Below are positions 1 through 12,190 of a stretch of DNA of 64,000 bases, piece by piece. The DNA lies in NCBI GenBank assembly GCA_965153285.1, contig OZ229115.1. One strand, written 5' to 3'. Position 1 is the first letter of the stretch. Every line of letters begins with the position of its first letter. Source of the DNA: Podarcis tiliguerta. Its lineage: Eukaryota. The position numbers were made by a program, and so were the translations under genes. The notes below the pieces were generated by a model, which was not told the DNA's origin, did not search any database, and worked only from the letters and a program-made list of their open reading frames with translations.

Positions 1-380
1 GAATTGATGCTTTTGAATTATGGTGCTGGAGGAGACTCTTGAGAGTCCCATGGACTGCAAGAAGATCAAACCTATCCATTCTTAAGGAAATCAGCCCTGA
101 GTGCTCACTGGAAGGACAGATCCAGAAGCTGAGGCTCCAATACTTTGGTCACCTCATGAGAAGAGAAGACCCCCTGGAAAAGACCCTGATGTTGGGAAAG
201 ATGGAGGGCACAAGGAGAAGGGGACGACAGAGGACGAGATGGTTGGTTAGTGTTCTCAAAGCTACCAGCATGAGTTTGACTAAACTGTGGGAGGCAGTGG
301 AAGACAGGAGTGCCTGGTTTGCTCTGGTCCATGGGGTCACGAAGAGTCGGACACAATTAAACGACTAAACAACAACAACA
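1..380 (+). mobile_element. Bov-B (RTE clade) LINE 3' end
   Basis: ORF end ...RLQYFGHLMRREDPLEKTLMLGKMEGTRRRGRQRTRW...VHGVTKSRT, followed by a (CAA)n tail. Confidence 0.93.
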
Positions 381-562
381 TACCCAGAGGTTTCAGGGCA
401 GTTCACCACAAGACCACAACATATAAAATCAAACCAAAAGCAATAACCCAATAACCCCCACCTCCAAAAGCCACATTCTAAAAGGGTGTTGGATGTCAAT
501 AAGATCAACCAAAGGCCGGGTTAAAAAGGAACGTTTTTGCCTGGCGTCTAAAGGTGTATAAT
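381..562 (-). mobile_element. L2 LINE 3' fragment abutting the Bov-B tail
   Basis: tcagggcagttcac...caaaggccgggttaaaaaggaacgtttttgcctggcgtctaaag resembles the other L2 3' ends in the window (e.g. 19300-19520). Confidence 0.65.
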
Positions 563-1480
563 GATAATATGGCCACAGTCACCATGGAAGTGCAAAATGA
601 TGAAGAAAACCAGAGAAAGTAATTGCTAGTTTTATGTAGAAAGAAAAGGCGATATTCATCATTTGCAGTGGAAGTACCAGAAGGTGAATGATTTTGGGAC
701 TATAGTAACTTAAAGGATTTATTTTCTTTTTTCTTTCCCCTCACCATCTCAACCCTTATCTGCATGGTTGCTTTGTTCCACAAATATACTGAACAAAAGT
801 ACTACGTATTTTAGCAATGGCAAGAATTTTAAGTGCCAAGGAAATTAGAACCAGGGAGTTGTGGGAGCAACTGAATACTGCAAAGTTAAAAATAAGTATA
901 CAGGAGCAGAAAATGAATGGAAATCAATAATCTACTTCATTTTAAAACAACAGGGAATGTCAGGAAGCAAGACAGATGATATGCTACTGTAAATATCTTT
1001 TCAAATATTGTATAACCATAGTTTAATGTAAATTAACAGTGGAGGATTAAAGCAGAACTATGTAAGGTGCTGATAAAACATTTATAATTTTTATGTTTAC
1101 AGAAGTGTTCTCAAACCATCTCAAATCTAAGCATGGGTCCAAAAGGTTTTTCCTGCCACTTTCCCCAGGAAAAGTGGCTGTTTAGCACTGAATGGGAACA
1201 AACGTCAATTGAGTTTTCTTCAGACTGATGTTTGTTTTGATTCAGCACTAAACAGTGGGTTTTCCTGGGGAAAGCGAAGGAACAAAAGGAAAACATTTCT
1301 GACCTGCGCCTAGAAATCATGTGATGAGCAGCAGTGGGAATGAGCTTAGAAGTCACTGTCACACTTTTAGCAGTTTAAATAATGTTTTCCCCTCCATATA
1401 TTTAAAATTGTAAAGTACTTTGGGCACCCAGTAGAATGCAATAAATAAAGATTGAAACAAAATTTAGATCTAAAGCTCAC

Positions 1481-1609
1481 CTTATAGATTTGAGGAATGA
1501 CAATGTAGAAATGCTTGTGCTGTTCACCATTGAAATTTTGCAGCTGGGCAGCATATTCATTTTTGTTCTCATCAGCCATGTGTGTACGGAGATTTAATTG
1601 CTGCTTTGC
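1481..1609 (-). CDS. FNBP1L: FNBP1L exon 7, AKQQLNLRTHMADENKNEYAAQLQNFNGEQHKHFYIVIPQIYK
   Basis: ctcttattag acceptor, GTGAGC donor, 129 nt, phase 0-0. Later exons (rest of F-BAR, HR1, SH3) lie beyond the left edge. Confidence 0.97.
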
Positions 1610-2660
1610 CTAATAAGAGACAGTTCAATGACAGCGTTTTCTAGAAGTCTTCTGCTTAAACAAAATCTTACTTAGCAACATGGTCATTGTAAGTGAAATG
1701 CCATCACCTTTCATGAGCCCTGGAGATGCCCTTGTGTCCTTTACCTTACATTAGCATTTGCAGGGTCAGTAGACAGTATTCAACTAAATAAATGCATGAG
1801 CGGAATGACTTTTCCACCTTTTGTTCCCCTGTGTATGCCCCGTGTTGTACCCAAATCTGCTTCAGTGGATTGGAAGAACCACAGGACTTTGAATACAACC
1901 TAAGGTGTATAAACTTCTCTTTATAAACATTCATAACCACTCCAAAACATTTGTAGTAGCTTGTTCTTATTTAGAGAAAAGCATCTGAATTTTTAAGCTA
2001 GGCATGTACATGTCTCCATGCTATTCTCAAACAAAACATTTTAAAATGACCAAAAATAAGGAGCTGCCATTTACACATATAGAAAGAGAGACAATATGTG
2101 ACTGTCTCACCAACATTACCTTGTACAATTCCATTCATTTCAAGTGACAACAAACATAGCACACAACCCCATATTGCTGAAAGTTCCTATTTCAGCCACT
2201 AAAGTTTTCTTTTCACCAGTGGTAACCAAGATGATACCATCCAGAAAACTGCAACTTCCACTGGACAAAACGTCCTGGTCGATCAAGCCACAGTTCTCTG
2301 CTACTTCTGAATCGGCAAACTATGGCTTTGGCAAACCCTCCGAAACAGAACGGCAACCAAGAGCAAACTGTGGCTTGCGATTCTGGTTTGAAGAGATTGC
2401 ACAAACCACACTCTGGCAATTCAGATGTAACAGCAAACCGTGACTTGATCAAATGAGAAACCGTTCTAATAAACTAGGCCCTATGAAGGTGGTGGTGTTG
2501 GGACACGTACACACAGAATTTGTTCCTGATCCTCCGAACCTTTGGAGAATAACAAAACATGATATCTGAATGCAGCCATTGATTCACTGTCCCCTTGGGT
2601 TGGCACATTAAGTTTTAAAAATATAGTATTATTTGAAAAAATGCAAATACTGTTATAGGA

Positions 2661-2693
2661 ATAATAATAAATAATAATAATAATAATAATAAT
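2661..2693. repeat. (TAA)n microsatellite next to the exon 6 donor
   Basis: Direct reading. Confidence 0.9.
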
Positions 2694-2699
2694 ATTTAC

Positions 2700-2804
2700 C
2701 TTTTCAACATCTGCTTTAGTGGCATTAGTATCATTGTCCAGTCTCTCAAAACATTGCTGTGCTTTTTCTGCTTCTCTGCACTCTCTCTCAAACTTCTTTT
2801 TACT
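2700..2804 (-). CDS. FNBP1L: FNBP1L exon 6, [35 protein letters not shown]
   Basis: ttgcag acceptor, GTAAAT donor, 105 nt, phase 0-0. Confidence 0.97.
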
Positions 2805-3473
2805 CTGCAATGGTAACATCATCATGTTATTATTATTTTTTACAAAATACTATAAAAAGACATGCTAAAGTTCACATGTGTATACCCACATAAACACTCA
2901 TATACTTGCTCTTACTCAACTATTTAATATGGTGCAATCCCACTAATTTGTATTAGTATACTATGACTGACAACTTTTAAACGAAAGCGAGGTTTTGTCT
3001 TGCGTAGTTCATTTTGATTTTTATGCAAAGCCAAACAAAAAAAGTAAACAAAAACTGAAGCTATAATTCAAGCCTAATAAAAGGCGCTTGCAAAATCCTC
3101 ACTTGTTTTTAAAAGATCCCGATAGCAACATATATTTAGATCTGCCATTCTACTGTGCTGGGGGCTGAGTTCAGCAACCGTGTTAAGAATCATAGAGCTG
3201 GGAGGCATTTTCAACAAATTCTGACATAGCTGAAGTCTGTAAATCCTTCAAGGCAGAATTCCTGTTGAACTGCACACTGAATTGCGCAATAGGTTGCACA
3301 CTGAGAAGTTATGAGCTGTTATGATCCCTGCAAACACAGCAATCTATCTGGTCTATTTAACAAAGATAACAAAGCTAATCTTCAGTTAATTTCTTTAACA
3401 ATTGCCCACCAAACTTTGTAATCCTAAAAGTAATCAGGAAAAGATAGGGGCGAGAAGAGAGAAGAAAACTTAC

Positions 3474-3536
3474 ATTATCCATCTGCTTCCAACACATGTC
3501 CAGATACTGCTGAGCCTTTCTACCCTCTTGAAGGTG
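3474..3536 (-). CDS. FNBP1L: FNBP1L exon 5, HLQEGRKAQQYLDMCWKQMDN
   Basis: tttcgcag acceptor, GTAAGT donor, 63 nt, phase 0-0. Confidence 0.97.
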
Positions 3537-4249
3537 CTGCGAAATTACGAACAAGAGGGTTTTAATTTCTTTTTCTTTCAAAAACTGATATGGCATTTAC
3601 AGTCTTTTACTTGCGTGTACTAAAGAAACCCGAACAACAACAGTGGCCTAGTTTGCACCTCAAAGTAAAGCTACTTGGGTCTGTTCATTTCCTCCTCACT
3701 ACTGCATGGAGGAAACAAATCTGTTTCAGCAAATGCACATTGCTTCCTCCAACAGAAAAACGTTCCACACTTTCCACAGCTCTCCAATCTACTTAAATAC
3801 AGCAGAAGGAACTGGATTTCCACCCATTTTGTTAAAGTGAAACAATTGGACAGACATCAGTTCTACTTGAAAATATTACCCTATTTCTATGGTGACATCA
3901 TAAATGTGCACAAGGAAACTGCACCATGAGTGCAGTCGGGGTTTTGTCTTTTAGTTTTTGATACCGCATCTCCTGTGCCTGATGGAGTCAAGCTATTAAA
4001 ACTCAACAGCACCTTCATAACAGTATCATTAGTTAGCGTTTTATTCTAAAAGCACCTAAAATTTTCTAAGCACCAGACAGCAACATTCAAATCTACAAGG
4101 GCCCAGGCTCATGACTTTATAATCTGAATAAAAATAACTTGGTGTACAGTGGCAAAGACCAGCGAATGCGTGCGGCTCCCTTAAATGCATGGCTCTGGGC
4201 TGTGACACGCATGTTTTAATGCTCAGACCAATGTGTGAGAATTAAAAGA

Positions 4250-4504
4250 TACAGTCGTAGCTTGGTTCTCAACCGGAATCCGTTCTGGAAGTCCGTTCAA
4301 CTTCCAGAAAGGTTCAAAAACCAAGGCGCAGCTTCTGATTGGCTGCAGGAGCTTCCTGCACTCAATCGGAAGCCGCGGAAGCTGCGTCGGATGTTCGGCT
4401 TCCAAAAAAGGTTTGCAAACCGCAATATTCACTTCCGGGTTTGCGGCATTCGGGAGCCAAAACGTTCAAGTCGCAAGGCGTTCCAGAACCAAGGTACGAC
4501 TGTA
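4250..4504 (+). mobile_element. Tc1/mariner-superfamily (Tigger/pogo-like) MITE, family A
   Basis: TA-CAGTCGTA(G/C)CTTGGTTCT ... AGAACCAAGGTACGACTG-TA: TIRs with TA target duplication. Confidence 0.9.
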
Positions 4505-4988
4505 CTTTAAATGCCTTTACAACAGACAACAAATGTCCACAGAATCAAAACCACAAAGTTATTTATTTCAGTCGTTTGTATTCCGACTCTCCATAACACC
4601 TGAGGAGGCATACAATCGAAGTATAAAAAAAGGCTGCAATCCTAAAACACACCCGAGTAAGAGACAAGCCATTATTCCTTAATGCGCTGCAGTGTGACTG
4701 GCTTCTAAGCAGGCACCTGGAGGAATGCACTGCACAAACACTAACATTCTAAAAGATAACATAGCAAGCAATGCTTTATTAAATTGGGGGGCCTTTCATT
4801 CTGTTCAGAAGCATGCGTGCTTTTGTGGTACACTCTTCTCTTGTCACAGAAGTATGGAAAAAACCATGCAACTCAAATTTGTGCGCCACTACTACACCGA
4901 AGAAGAGCTGGTCCAACAGACGAGACCTTGATAACAGTGAAAAGAATAATCGCATAAATTCTACAATCGCGAACCCCTCGTGATTTAC

Positions 4989-5136
4989 CATTTTCCTTTC
5001 TGTTTTGAGTTCATGGGAATATCTCATCAGTTCTCCATATACCCTATGTCCCAGTTCTTCTGCTACCACTTCTCTCTGTCCCGCGTAGTCGTTTAACTCG
5101 TTAAGGATATTATAAAAGGCTATACATGAGGTAAAC
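4989..5136 (-). CDS. FNBP1L: FNBP1L exon 4, FTSCIAFYNILNELNDYAGQREVVAEELGHRVYGELMRYSHELKTERKM
   Basis: ttgccag acceptor, GTAAAT donor, 148 nt; partly seen in ORF 4779..5069. Confidence 0.97.
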
Positions 5137-7427
5137 CTGGCAATACACAGTGAAGAAGAAGGAGGGAAACAAATGTCACGTTTCTATTTATCCGGAAGTT
5201 ACAGCTTTTGTTCCATAAATGGACCATAAAACATGTCACAGTTAGCATGGGGTACAACCTTGATAAAACGAGTTGCAGAAAGATGTACAGTGGAGATGCC
5301 CCAAATAAACTTCTCTTCACGCACATTGGTTGTTTTTTTAAATGAAAACAGATTTCAAAAGGTAGAAAAGAATAAAGAACACTACCTGGAAAGCCCTGCA
5401 GTATAGTGGTATCTCCTAAGATGCGAAATGGAAGGAGGACTGAGCCTAGGAAAGGACTTAACTTCCTAGGCTTGGGAAGCTGAACTTGTTGCAGAGATGA
5501 TTTTGCTTGATCTTGAGGGTGGAACATGCCAACCATGCCACTCCTATGCACCCCGATGGATGGATCTACTGAACAAGTTTGCTACCAGCTCTGAAGACAG
5601 CTGCCTGTTTGCCTGCTCACCTCTTTGGTTGGAGGGGAAGGGTGCCACACTATTGCTGGCACTAAAACAAAGGGGGGAGCAGGGTGGGAAGGAGGAGGAA
5701 AAAATAAGGGGAGAAAATGTGTATGGAAGGGAGAAACAAACAAACATGTCACTGTATTTTTTTTAATTTTTGTATAAGACCTCATAAGCCTGTGGAATGT
5801 TTGCCATCTCTTTTAAACGTTCAGGTCTTGAGCTCCATATCAGCTTCTGGAAGTCCTGTCATCTAGGTTTGTGTTTTGTTTTGTTCTTCTAAAAAAAGGA
5901 TAAAATGAAGCAGAGGGGCTCAAAATGATCTTCCATGAGAAATAGTGTTTGGCTGATGAAACTTAAATCTCATCAATAATTGGATTTTGGGCTAGATGAC
6001 CAAATTTGGTCTCTTGTAAGCCAGTGAATACCATATTCCTTCAATGATGGACTTCAATTGTAAAATCAGCCTTGAACAATCTCTGACCAGGGCATCTGAA
6101 AAAAAATTGATGCATCCTGTGCTGTCCACACTGGTAATAATGGAATAGCCTAAATTTCACCCCCCCCCCCCCGTGTTAAGGATGGCCAAGCAATCAATGT
6201 TAGTAGGTTGGTGGTGGTGAGTGTTTGCTATTTTCTCCCTTATACTATGCTGAAAGACGGTTAACTATATAAAGTACAGAATAGAGAGAAAGTTACCCCA
6301 CCCAACAAGCCAAGACTGACAAGGACATACAGCTTTGCAGCGTTCCTCTATAGAAGTTTTCAATGTACAGCTTCACAAAGGAACCTTTTCCAAAAATAAA
6401 ACAACACTTTGTAGCACTCAACTCACCGCCTTTTAATCAGGGAGCGCTGACACTGCAAAGTGTCACCATACTTAAGTTTGGCTTTGAGCTAAAGAAAATT
6501 AATGTGCCATGGCTGGTGTCTAGAAATGCAACAAAAAGAACATTGCTAAAATAATGAATTCAGGTCTAGTTGGCAAAACAGCAAAAATGAGGAGATAAAA
6601 CGACTTCTGGGCTTTACCTATTTCAGATACCGGATGGGAGATTGTGTGGTGTGGCGATTCTCCCTATGAAACACTTGGTGATATTGAACTAAGTCCTACT
6701 TAGACCAGATCCGCTGAAATTTCTCAACCTAAGTTAGCCATGTCCATTAACTTCAATGGGGCTACTCATGAAGAATAGTAATGCGGAATACTACTGATTA
6801 ACTCCATAAAGAAAACTAGATGCCAAGGGAGAAGAATTCTAGCATTCTTCCCAATATGCCAGTTTTCTGCACATGTAATTTCTTTTGTATGGTAGAGCAT
6901 TCAACCATTACTTCCTACCTAAAATATGTGGTACAGCCCAGAGTCTAATTTACTTCCTCATCTGCTGGTGTGTGAGAACCAAGTCTTAGAATTCACAGCA
7001 AAGCTACATGGGTATAATGTTAGGGATTCTCAGAAGAGTTAAACACAATCTCAAAACTTAAATATTCAACATCCTTTGGAAAGCAGTGCAGAAAGTATTA
7101 ATAATGCCTTCGCTTTCTGATTTCTGAATACAGAGACAACCCTTATATTTGGTCATTAAAAACCAAACTCTAATGTAAGCTGGTATGAAATTAATGGAAC
7201 AATCCTAACTAGGTCTACTTCCAAGCAAGTCCTATTGAATTAAATTGAGCTTACTACCACACAAGTGGAGGTAAAAAAAACACACCAGCCTATCACAAAG
7301 GTACACAGATGTGTAAAAATATTTAGGGCGGAGGCCCTCGTTCAAAGTATTTCCAGAGAATAAGAGTCATTGAACACTGTGATATTTCTTTTCCTGACAG
7401 ATAATAGAAAACTAATGTTCATTTTAC

Positions 7428-7481
7428 CTGGGTTCTTCATCTTTGGATGAACGTTTAGGACAGTACTTCTTCACCAGATTT
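7428..7481 (-). CDS. FNBP1L: FNBP1L exon 3, NLVKKYCPKRSSKDEEP(R)
   Basis: ttcccttaacag acceptor, GTAAAA donor, 54 nt, phase 2-2; the peptide is characteristic of FNBP1L rather than FNBP1 or TRIP10. Confidence 0.97.
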
Positions 7482-8933
7482 CTGTTAAGGGAAGAAAACA
7501 TAGTGTTCTACTAAATAAGGACATTAATAAATTTCTGTTAGTATTTGTCTAAGGATCAGTCTCAAACTAGGTGAATAAGAAAACAGCCCTTTGTCCTCAG
7601 TTTACAGTTCACATATCTCCTGTGAAGAGGATCTACTTCAATAAACACCTTGTGATGTAATCATTTCTGAATGCCAGCACCTCCGTCAGAATATACCTCG
7701 ATTCCTCACAACATTAAGATGTTTTTCTTGACAATAAATAATTTATCAGAAACAAGGATCCAGGAGCACACGCTAAAGATGTAGTTTATGATAATGAAAC
7801 AGTCACAATTTGTTCTTCTCAGAAACCAAAACAGAAAAGAAGCTTATTTTCCTGCTTACAATATTATAAGTTGAGGAGCTGTCGTACAAGAGAATGAAGT
7901 GACTGACGAAAAGCATCAAAGTGAGGTGCATGTTTTAATATCTATCTGTTTCTGGACAAAATAAATGTACAATGCCCTTGGTACTAATAAACATGGGTGC
8001 CTGAATTCTCGCAAATGTTGCAAGCAGGAAGGAGTGAAAATTGTTCCACCGCTGAACAACTAGGAACAAAGCCAACCTATTGTTTTTATCTTATGCTTAT
8101 CCAGAGTAGAACGACTAAAACAAAGACGGGGGGCCAAAAACTGGGGGGGGGGGGGAGAGAGGAGAGAGAGAGAGAGAGAAAGAGAATGAGAATTGTCCTA
8201 TAGACACTGCAAATTAATTTCTAATGAATAATTATAATATACTTCTTAGCAGCCTCTTTCCAGTATGGTAAAAAGATGCCTTGTTTCAGCCAGACAGAAT
8301 AGGCTATTCTCCAGATGATGTTAAAGAGCAGCAGCAGTAACAGAATGCCTAGTTTAATACATTTTAAAGAGTTCAGCAGGAATTCCAAGGATTCCAGAGG
8401 CCTCAAGTTACTTCACTGCCCACAAATATTCCCACAAAGGAATAATGTATATATTTCATGTTCTTCAGCAGGAAATCTATTTTCTTTCCCCAAGCGATGC
8501 ATTAAAGAAATGGAACTAAACTTCTGTACAACTTTCCCCTTGGGCTATTAGTCCCACTACGGATCCTGGTTTTATTATCAAACCTTAAAGTCAAACTCTC
8601 TTGCTATACTCATTGGGTATATAAAAGTTATATTGCGTCTAAACACTACAACATTCACATAATCCCAGGGAAAGAAAAGTCACAGAAGTTAGCAATGAAG
8701 AAATAAAGAGGTTTTTGAGTTATTTAAAAATAGAAAGAGCTGATGACAATAGGAAACTTTCCCCACAAAGGGAAACTATGGAAGATGGTTTGATTTAAAC
8801 GTTAACATATGGTTAACACATTCAGTTTAAGAGGCCATGATAGAATGTTGATGAACATGTATTCTGTTATGTCAGAGATCTGGGTTCTCAACCCATCTCT
8901 TCAAAAAGCACTTGGGTCTACTAGTAATAATAG

Positions 8934-9180
8934 TACAGTTGGAAGTTGAACAGAATCCGTTCCGGAAGTCCGTTCAACTTCCAATACTTTCACAAACCAA
9001 TGCATGGCTTCTGCAGCCAATTGGAAGCTCCTGCAGCCAATTGGAAGCCGCGGAAGCCCTGCTGGATGTTCAGCTTCCAAAAGAACGTTTGAAAACTGGA
9101 ACACTCACTTCCGGGTTTGTAGGGTTCAGGAGCCAAAATGTTCGAGAACTAAGCTGTTTGAAAACCAAGGTATGACTGTA
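8934..9180 (+). mobile_element. MITE family A copy (left TIR partly deleted)
   Basis: Colinear with 4250-4504; ends aaccaaggtatgactgta. Confidence 0.88.
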
Positions 9181-10140
9181 TATGAAATGTAAAGCTCACA
9201 GCTTTGTTTAGGTTATACTAAAGAAAGAACTGTATACATCACAGCAAACAGTAATGTTTAGTTCCCCTTTTCCTTATGGGAGTAAATTAGTTTTCTTTCC
9301 AAAGGGGAAGTCAGTTGGCTATGACAAATTTAGGAAACCCTACTATTGCAGTATGGAAGGCCCACTCCAAAGCTAAGACTCCCACAAATCACACTTTTGT
9401 TTAGTGGCATTACGTAAGTGCCAAATAGTTTCTAGGGCAATATAGATCATGGAAACACAACCACGTAATGCAAAGAAGGTGCAGCTACACAAGCAAGACT
9501 TTCTGGAATTTATCAGAATGGAATGGATGTCAAGAACGGATGCAAGCAGAATTATAAGATCCGGAAACACAACAACACACACAAACATGCCAAAGTAAAT
9601 TTCATCCTCGGGGAAAATAGCTGCAAACTTGACAGTACTTTCCCAGGAAAATTCTGAATTTCTGACAAATCGCTTTGTTTGTGCAGCTGCTTTTTTCCCG
9701 TGACCAAGAAGTAGCACAGCCAAGCCAGAAGCATGAGAACCTAGTTGGTCCACAGTCAATGTAAGGTGCCACAAACCCAATCCTACTGGGCTCAGGAGGA
9801 ATGTCAAATATAAGATAAGGGCAGGGGTTCCAAATATATTACACAAGGAACAGACAATAAGGTTATCTGGATGCTCACACTTACATACTAAGGGGAAGGT
9901 AGGGCAATGCTCCAATTTAATGCTATTTGGGGGGAAACAGGCACCAACCCTGCTGTAACAACAACAATAATGGCTTGGAAATAATAGGCTAGTTTTAACG
10001 TTCAACAAACCAAGTACGTGCTTGCCAGGGATAGAAGGTAAACTATATTGTTTTGTTCACTTGAAGAAAGAACTGAGTGAATGAAACACTCCATCTTCCA
10101 CATGTGTGGAAGAAAACCATGCACTTGTAACATATCAAAT

Positions 10141-10407
10141 TAAACGTCTTATGCATAAGCGCTAGGGATGCAGGACACCCGGGCCCCAGGCTCTCAGGGG
10201 CGCCAGGCCAAGAGTCCGGGGCCGGAGAGCTGAGTCTGGAGAAGGGCCCACCCGTTGGTCGGAGCGCCGCTTTGCACCGGGAGTTCAGGGGCGACCGAGC
10301 CAGTGAGATGCTGAGGCGGACGGGCGGCTCCGCCCTCCTGCGCGCCTAGGACTGGGCAACCTGGGGGGGGCGACGGCGCTGTGCCGCATATGTGTAAGAC
10401 AGCCCTG
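10141..10407. mobile_element. GC-rich probable hAT (Tip100-like) non-autonomous element
   Basis: Right end taagacagccctg and degenerate left end cgtcttatgcat; CpG-rich body in an AT-rich intron. Confidence 0.5.
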
Positions 10408-11187
10408 TTAAACAGGACCAATGTAACCTAACAACACTGAATGTGCACCACTGAATAAAATGTAAACGATTCTCAGCTGGTATTCCAAATTCTCAGCTGG
10501 TATTCCAGCATCCCAAAGGTTTGAGTCATCGCTGAATGCACATAGTAGAGTTCACTATTATGCAGCAATTTGAGTGGGCTATAGTTTTGTGCATTTAAAA
10601 ATTCAGATTATACTCTCATGCTTCAGTAATATACAACAGGGAAGTTACCTTACACAAATAATGCACTGAGCCGTAACAGCCTGTGCATTTTGCAGCCGTG
10701 ATTTTACTTGCAAAAACAAGTTATTTTTAGAAGGAGCTTGTTAGGTTTTTTCACCTTCCTTAATGGTGTAACTCGGAATGCAAGTTTTAATCAGCTTAGT
10801 CTGTTGATAAATCAAGGTTGGAGGGGGTGAGACAATTTTAATCAGCAAGTCTGAATGCTAAGGACACTTATGTTATTCTTCAAGGCTCCTTGGGTTCTGA
10901 TATGTTACTGTAAGGGGAACAATTTTTCAGCTATTAAAAGACCTTTCTTAAGTAGTATCTCTTGTTCATTAGGTCATACATTATATTAACACGTCCTTTA
11001 GTATCTCAAAAGGCACCTTTGTGGAGGCTTTGTTGATAGAAAGCAACCGGCAACAAAATGTTGCAGTGTAGCCTTATCTCTGAACAGGAGTGCTCCTGTT
11101 CAGCTAGGCAGCCACCCTCCTTTGGGATACTCTATTCCATTTCCCCACCCCATGCCACCTTCCCATCCCACCTGCCAAATTTCTAGG

Positions 11188-12063
11188 TACCATATTTTTC
11201 GCCCTATAGGACGCACTTTTTCCCCTCCAAAAATGAAGGGGAAATGTGTGTGCGTCCTATGGGGCGAATGCAGGCTTTCGCGGAAGCCTGGAGAGCGAGA
11301 GGCGTCGGTGTGCACCGACACCTCTTGCTCTCCAGGCTCCAGGAAGCTATCCGCAAGCCTTGAGCACCCGGGGGGAGTTCCCCTGGGCGCGCAAGGCTTG
11401 TGGGCGGCAGCCTGCAGCGCGGAACACGGGGCGCCCTTCGGAGGATGCCCTGTGCTTTGCGCAAGTGTTGGCAAGCCTTGCGCACCGGGGGAGAACTCCC
11501 CCCCGGCGCGCAAGGCTTGCGGGCGGCAGCCTGCAGCGCGGAACACGGGGCGCCCTTCGGAGGACGCCCCGTGCTTCACGCAAGTGTTGGCAAGCCTTGC
11601 GCACCGGGGGGGAACTCCCCCCGGCGTGCAAGGCTTGCGGGCAGCAGCCTGCAGCGCGGAACACAGGGCGCCCTTCGGAGGACGCCCTGTGCTTCACGCA
11701 AGTGTCGGCAAGCCTTGCGCACCGGGGGATAACTCCCCCCGGCGCGCAAGGCTTGCGGGCAGCAGCCTGCAGCGCGGAACACGGGGCGCCCTTCGGAGAA
11801 CGCCCCGTGCTTTGCGCAGGTGTCCGCAGCCTGCCGCCCGGCGCATGTGGCGCCCTGAAGCAGAGCGCCCCTCGCGCCCGGCAGACATCGGCCAGCCCCA
11901 CAAGCTCGGGGGACAGCGGGGAGGCGCAGCGCCGCCATCCCACTGTTCCCTGACCTGGTTTTGGGGGGGAAATAAAGGAAAAATTTTTTTCCCTTTATTT
12001 CCCCCCCAAAAAAGTAGGTGCGTCCTATGGGGCGGAGCGTCCTATGGGACGAAAAATACGGTA
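11188..12063 (+). mobile_element. Tc2/pogo-like MITE (family D) carrying an internal tandem array
   Basis: TA-CCATATTTTTCGCCCTATAGGACGC ... GCGTCCTATGGGACGAAAAATACGG-TA: TIRs with TA TSD. Confidence 0.9.
11353..11825. repeat. GC-rich minisatellite, 4 x 118-119 bp, two inverted repeats per unit
   Basis: Units start at 11353, 11471, 11590 and 11708 (gcaagccttg...). Confidence 0.95.
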
Positions 12064-12190
12064 ATTGACAAACTGGCAAAGATGAAAATGATAAATCAGT
12101 TTTAACAAACCTTCAGGTGGCTGACAACCCCAGCTGAAAGCATTCCCATGGTGAAAAAGGTTTTGGGGAGGTAGGCACAACCCTTTACAG

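Noticed and set aside
2481-2825. 114-aa ORF as a standalone protein or retained-intron isoform
   Set aside because: It is exon 6 plus chance read-through into the (ATT)n repeat; canonical splice sites explain it.
9373-10008. 211-aa minus-strand ORF in intron 2
   Set aside because: TTG start, no recognisable homology or convincing splice context; consistent with chance.
10469-10507. 20-bp direct duplication (attctcagctggtattcca x2); similar small duplications near 40940 and 51845, and an 11-bp-arm palindrome near 30660
   Set aside because: Ordinary slippage or repair scars with no further structure.
11353-11825. CRISPR-like array (palindromic repeats at regular spacing)
   Set aside because: The intervening sequences are near-identical rather than unique spacers; there are no cas genes and the context is a vertebrate intron.
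11100-12105. Long overlapping ORFs (327, 235 and 198 aa) with repeated peptides
   Set aside because: By-product of a GC-rich palindromic tandem repeat inside a MITE; open in several frames on both strands, with no domain motifs.
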